Positions 41,372 through 43,751 of a stretch of 43,751 nucleotides of DNA are shown piece after piece. The notes beneath the pieces are model-generated. The model worked only from the letters and a program-made list of their open reading frames with translations. It had not been told where the DNA came from and made no database searches. The first letter of the stretch is position 1; each line of letters starts with the position of its first letter. Both the position numbers and the translations under genes were made by a program. This DNA is from an uncultured Candidatus Saccharibacteria bacterium. GTDB taxonomy: Bacteria; Patescibacteriota; Minisyncoccia; Portnoybacterales; UBA2143. The DNA is taken from contig CAZQMX010000001.1 of NCBI GenBank assembly GCA_964594965.1, positions 91,667 through 135,417 of the forward strand, given 5' to 3'.

Positions 41372-41572
41372 TCATGCCGCTTTTTCCGTCCTCCCTCTTT
41401 TGTATCCACAATACTCACAGATAATTTCTTTGGACTCTGGGATGCGACACTGGGTAAATCGATAAGGACAGGTATTTGCCTCTGAGCAAGAATAACAGTC
41501 TTTCTCTTTAGAATCAATAATACACCCGATTATTTTCCTACATCTCGTGCAAAGAACAAAATCACTCTTCAT
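41372..41572 (-). CDS. 66-aa Cys-rich orphan
   Basis: GGAGGT SD; CTRC, CYSC, CEYC. Confidence 0.7.
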   Translation of the reverse strand: MKSDFVLCTRCRKIIGCIIDSKEKDCYSCSEANTCPYRFTQCRIPESKEIICEYCGYKRGRTEKAA

Positions 41573-41743
41573 TTCTACCTCCCTCCCGTTTAGGCAAATG
41601 ATTTATTTCCTTGGAACAATGGAGAAACTATCAATTAAGAAAATAATAACAGAATTTATTGTTTTGTCAAACATATTCCTAATTCACCCATTATCAAGTA
41701 TAATTTTAAAAAGATCTTTAAAAACAGAAAACGAGGTGAAAAA

Positions 41744-42613
41744 ATGAATGAAGAAGAGATTCTTATAAAATATAGGAAAGAACTAGGAGGGCAACCTGTT
41801 TTAAGCGAAGAAGAAGAAAGGCCTTACATCATAAGAGCGAAAGAAGGAGATGAAGAAGCAAAATTAATATTAATAAAAGCCAATTTAGGAATAATTTTAA
41901 AAGTAGCTTTGATAATATGGATGAAAAATAAAGATAAAATAAGGACAGCTGTAAGTTTTTTGGACTTAGTTCAAGAAACGATAATTGGATTCCTTAGAGG
42001 AATAGAAAAATTTGAATTCGAATTTAATCTCAAGCTATATAAACATGCCATTAGTTGGGCAAGGGCATCTGCCCTTAAGGCCGTTCGAGATGGTAAATTC
42101 ATTTTTATCCCTCAGGAAGCAGAACGACGAGCAAGAGATTTTACCGAAGCTGAGAATAAGATGCTTGAAGAATCTGATGAAGAGCCTTCGTTTGAAAAAA
42201 TTGCTTCTGAAATGAAAGTTCCTATTGAGACTGTCAAAAGAGCTTCAGAGACTCGTATTCTAAGACAGCCCTTTCCTTTAGGTAAGCCCATTTCCAATAA
42301 AAGAAACAGCGATAATTCCAACGGAAGAAAATCTGATCAATTCCCTGATCAAAGGATTAACCCGGAAAAGGCTGCTCAAGAGACAAGCCTTGGAGAACAA
42401 CTCAGGAAAAAACTTTGCTTTCTTAGTCCCCGAAAAGAGAAGGTTCTCCGGATGCGTTTTGGAATCGGAGAAGATAAGAAAACACTGAAAGAAGCAGGAA
42501 AGGAACTTAGAGTAACCAGGGAAACAATTAGGCAAACCGAGGCCAAAGCGCTGAGGAAATTACGCCTCGAAATTATTCAAATTAACAAAGAAAAATTAAG
42601 TGATTACGTATAA
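41744..42613 (+). CDS. Divergent RpoD-like sigma70 factor
   Basis: LIKANL, DLVQE, IEKFE, VLRMRFG, VTRETIRQTEAKALRKLR. Confidence 0.9.
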   Translation: MNEEEILIKYRKELGGQPVLSEEEERPYIIRAKEGDEEAKLILIKANLGIILKVALIIWMKNKDKIRTAVSFLDLVQETIIGFLRGIEKFEFEFNLKLYKHAISWARASALKAVRDGKFIFIPQEAERRARDFTEAENKMLEESDEEPSFEKIASEMKVPIETVKRASETRILRQPFPLGKPISNKRNSDNSNGRKSDQFPDQRINPEKAAQETSLGEQLRKKLCFLSPRKEKVLRMRFGIGEDKKTLKEAGKELRVTRETIRQTEAKALRKLRLEIIQINKEKLSDYV

Positions 42614-42631
42614 GAAGGATTAACGAAAAAG

Positions 42632-43321
42632 TTAATCCTTTTTATCATTCAAATACCCCCCTAATAATTTATTCAAATGCTCAATATATTTCATCTGGTC
42701 AGTTATAGAATTATTAACCTCCAGAGCAATAATTTTCCCAAAAACATACTTAGGCAAAGTGATTAAATAATCAAAATCCTTTAAATCAGAAATAGTATGC
42801 TTATCCTCCATTTTATCCGGATTATAACCATTGCAGTGATTACAAGCAAAATTAACTTTTCCCCTTCTTTCAAAAGCATAGGCCGCTTCTTCACTCCCCC
42901 GGGCAATAGCTGACTTAAAATGAGATAAATCAATACAAAACCCGCCAATTTGTCTAACCTTAACATCTTTATCAATTTTGCCATCATAATTCATTTCCAG
43001 ATAAAGCTTATCTTCATAACCCTTCCAATTATCCAGAATATCAAAATGTTCTTCATGGATATTAAAATGCTGGGTTTTAAAGTTTTGCATAAAAAACTCA
43101 ACATCAGTTTTATCAGTATCGTGCCTTAAATGAACAAAAGGAACTTTTTCAATAACTGACTTTTTAAGGAATTTATATAAATGAGGCCTTTCTTTCTCAT
43201 TAAACCATTCAACAAAAACAGCAACCTCCTTTATTCCAAACTGATTAATTTCTTTTAATTGAGATTGCCAGTCAATGCCCTCATGACCGGTAATACATGG
43301 ATAGATTTTAAAGTTTCTCAT
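42632..43321 (-). CDS. Hypothetical protein, possibly TIM-barrel metal-binding
   Basis: FVHLR, NIHE, YLEMN, FCIDLSH, ALEV; start moved to MRNFK. Confidence 0.65.
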   Translation of the reverse strand: MRNFKIYPCITGHEGIDWQSQLKEINQFGIKEVAVFVEWFNEKERPHLYKFLKKSVIEKVPFVHLRHDTDKTDVEFFMQNFKTQHFNIHEEHFDILDNWKGYEDKLYLEMNYDGKIDKDVKVRQIGGFCIDLSHFKSAIARGSEEAAYAFERRGKVNFACNHCNGYNPDKMEDKHTISDLKDFDYLITLPKYVFGKIIALEVNNSITDQMKYIEHLNKLLGGYLNDKKD

Positions 43322-43351
43322 AATACTTTTATCATATCTTGGATTGTATAA

Positions 43352-43393
43352 AAATGAAAGCCGCCCGGGTCGTGTTGACCAAGGCGGCACTTT
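43352..43393 (-). terminator. Terminator of the 43412-43612 gene
   Basis: GCCGCC/GGCGGC stem then TTTCATTTT on the minus strand. Confidence 0.6.
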
Positions 43394-43411
43394 ACCCATC
43401 ATATCTCCTTC

Positions 43412-43612
43412 CTAGAAAGTAAAAAATGGAATCAGAAATTCAGAAATTAAGCCTTTAATTTTCGGGATTAACTGAGGGAAAAACAGATGAAAAAAAGAAC
43501 ACAAGACCAGCCCGATAGAAACCAGCGACAGAGCCGCTACAACCGGCCTTGCTATTCTCCAATCTTTCTCTATTTCCTCATTTAACCTTAGTAGCCTAAA
43601 TTTTTGTTCCAT
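43412..43612 (-). CDS. Small membrane protein
   Basis: GGGAGG SD, one TM segment. Confidence 0.65.
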   Translation of the reverse strand: MEQKFRLLRLNEEIEKDWRIARPVVAALSLVSIGLVLCSFFHLFFPQLIPKIKGLISEFLIPFFTF

Positions 43613-43751
43613 GGGCCCTCCCTATATAAAGTTTTTAAAGCAACATTATTATTTTTCTTTATCATGCCTTATTGGGGTATTTTAGTCAAGAGAATGAGGT
43701 AATGTGCACAGACATATGGCGGTTTTTCTCCCCGGCCGGTAGGCTGGGAAT

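Overview
AT-rich bacterial chromosome segment. Gene content and style (tightly packed genes mostly without SD, 82-aa TsaB-like fragment, many conserved hypotheticals) suggest Patescibacteria/CPR, probably Parcubacteria; this is inference. Nearly all genes are on the minus strand. Core genes: rpmA, rplI, acylphosphatase, CtpA protease, a surface-glycan cluster (two GT2, LCP, O-antigen ligase-like, six-hairpin glycosidase-like, YfhO fragment), rpoD-dnaG, tRNA-Ser(GGA) with an adjacent GIY-YIG nuclease, lemA-htpX, groES-groEL, engB, ddl and repair genes. A small defence island (34-38 kb) holds an OLD-like ATPase/TOPRIM nuclease and a type II R-M pair. A second sigma70 lies near the end. The most unusual signals are non-coding: two candidate stand-alone structured RNA genes (about 21.83-22.00 kb minus, 40.79-41.00 kb plus); a mini-gene enclosed by inverted repeats that span the lemA-htpX gap; a RAP-motif leader peptide plus terminator before the OLD nuclease; GTAG hairpin repeats at the tRNA/GIY-YIG locus; heptamer-built G-U-rich 5'UTR hairpins; and boxA-like leaders on orphan genes versus apparently leaderless core genes. 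Three genes are split by one extra base in a homopolymer. All folds and motif calls were made by eye.
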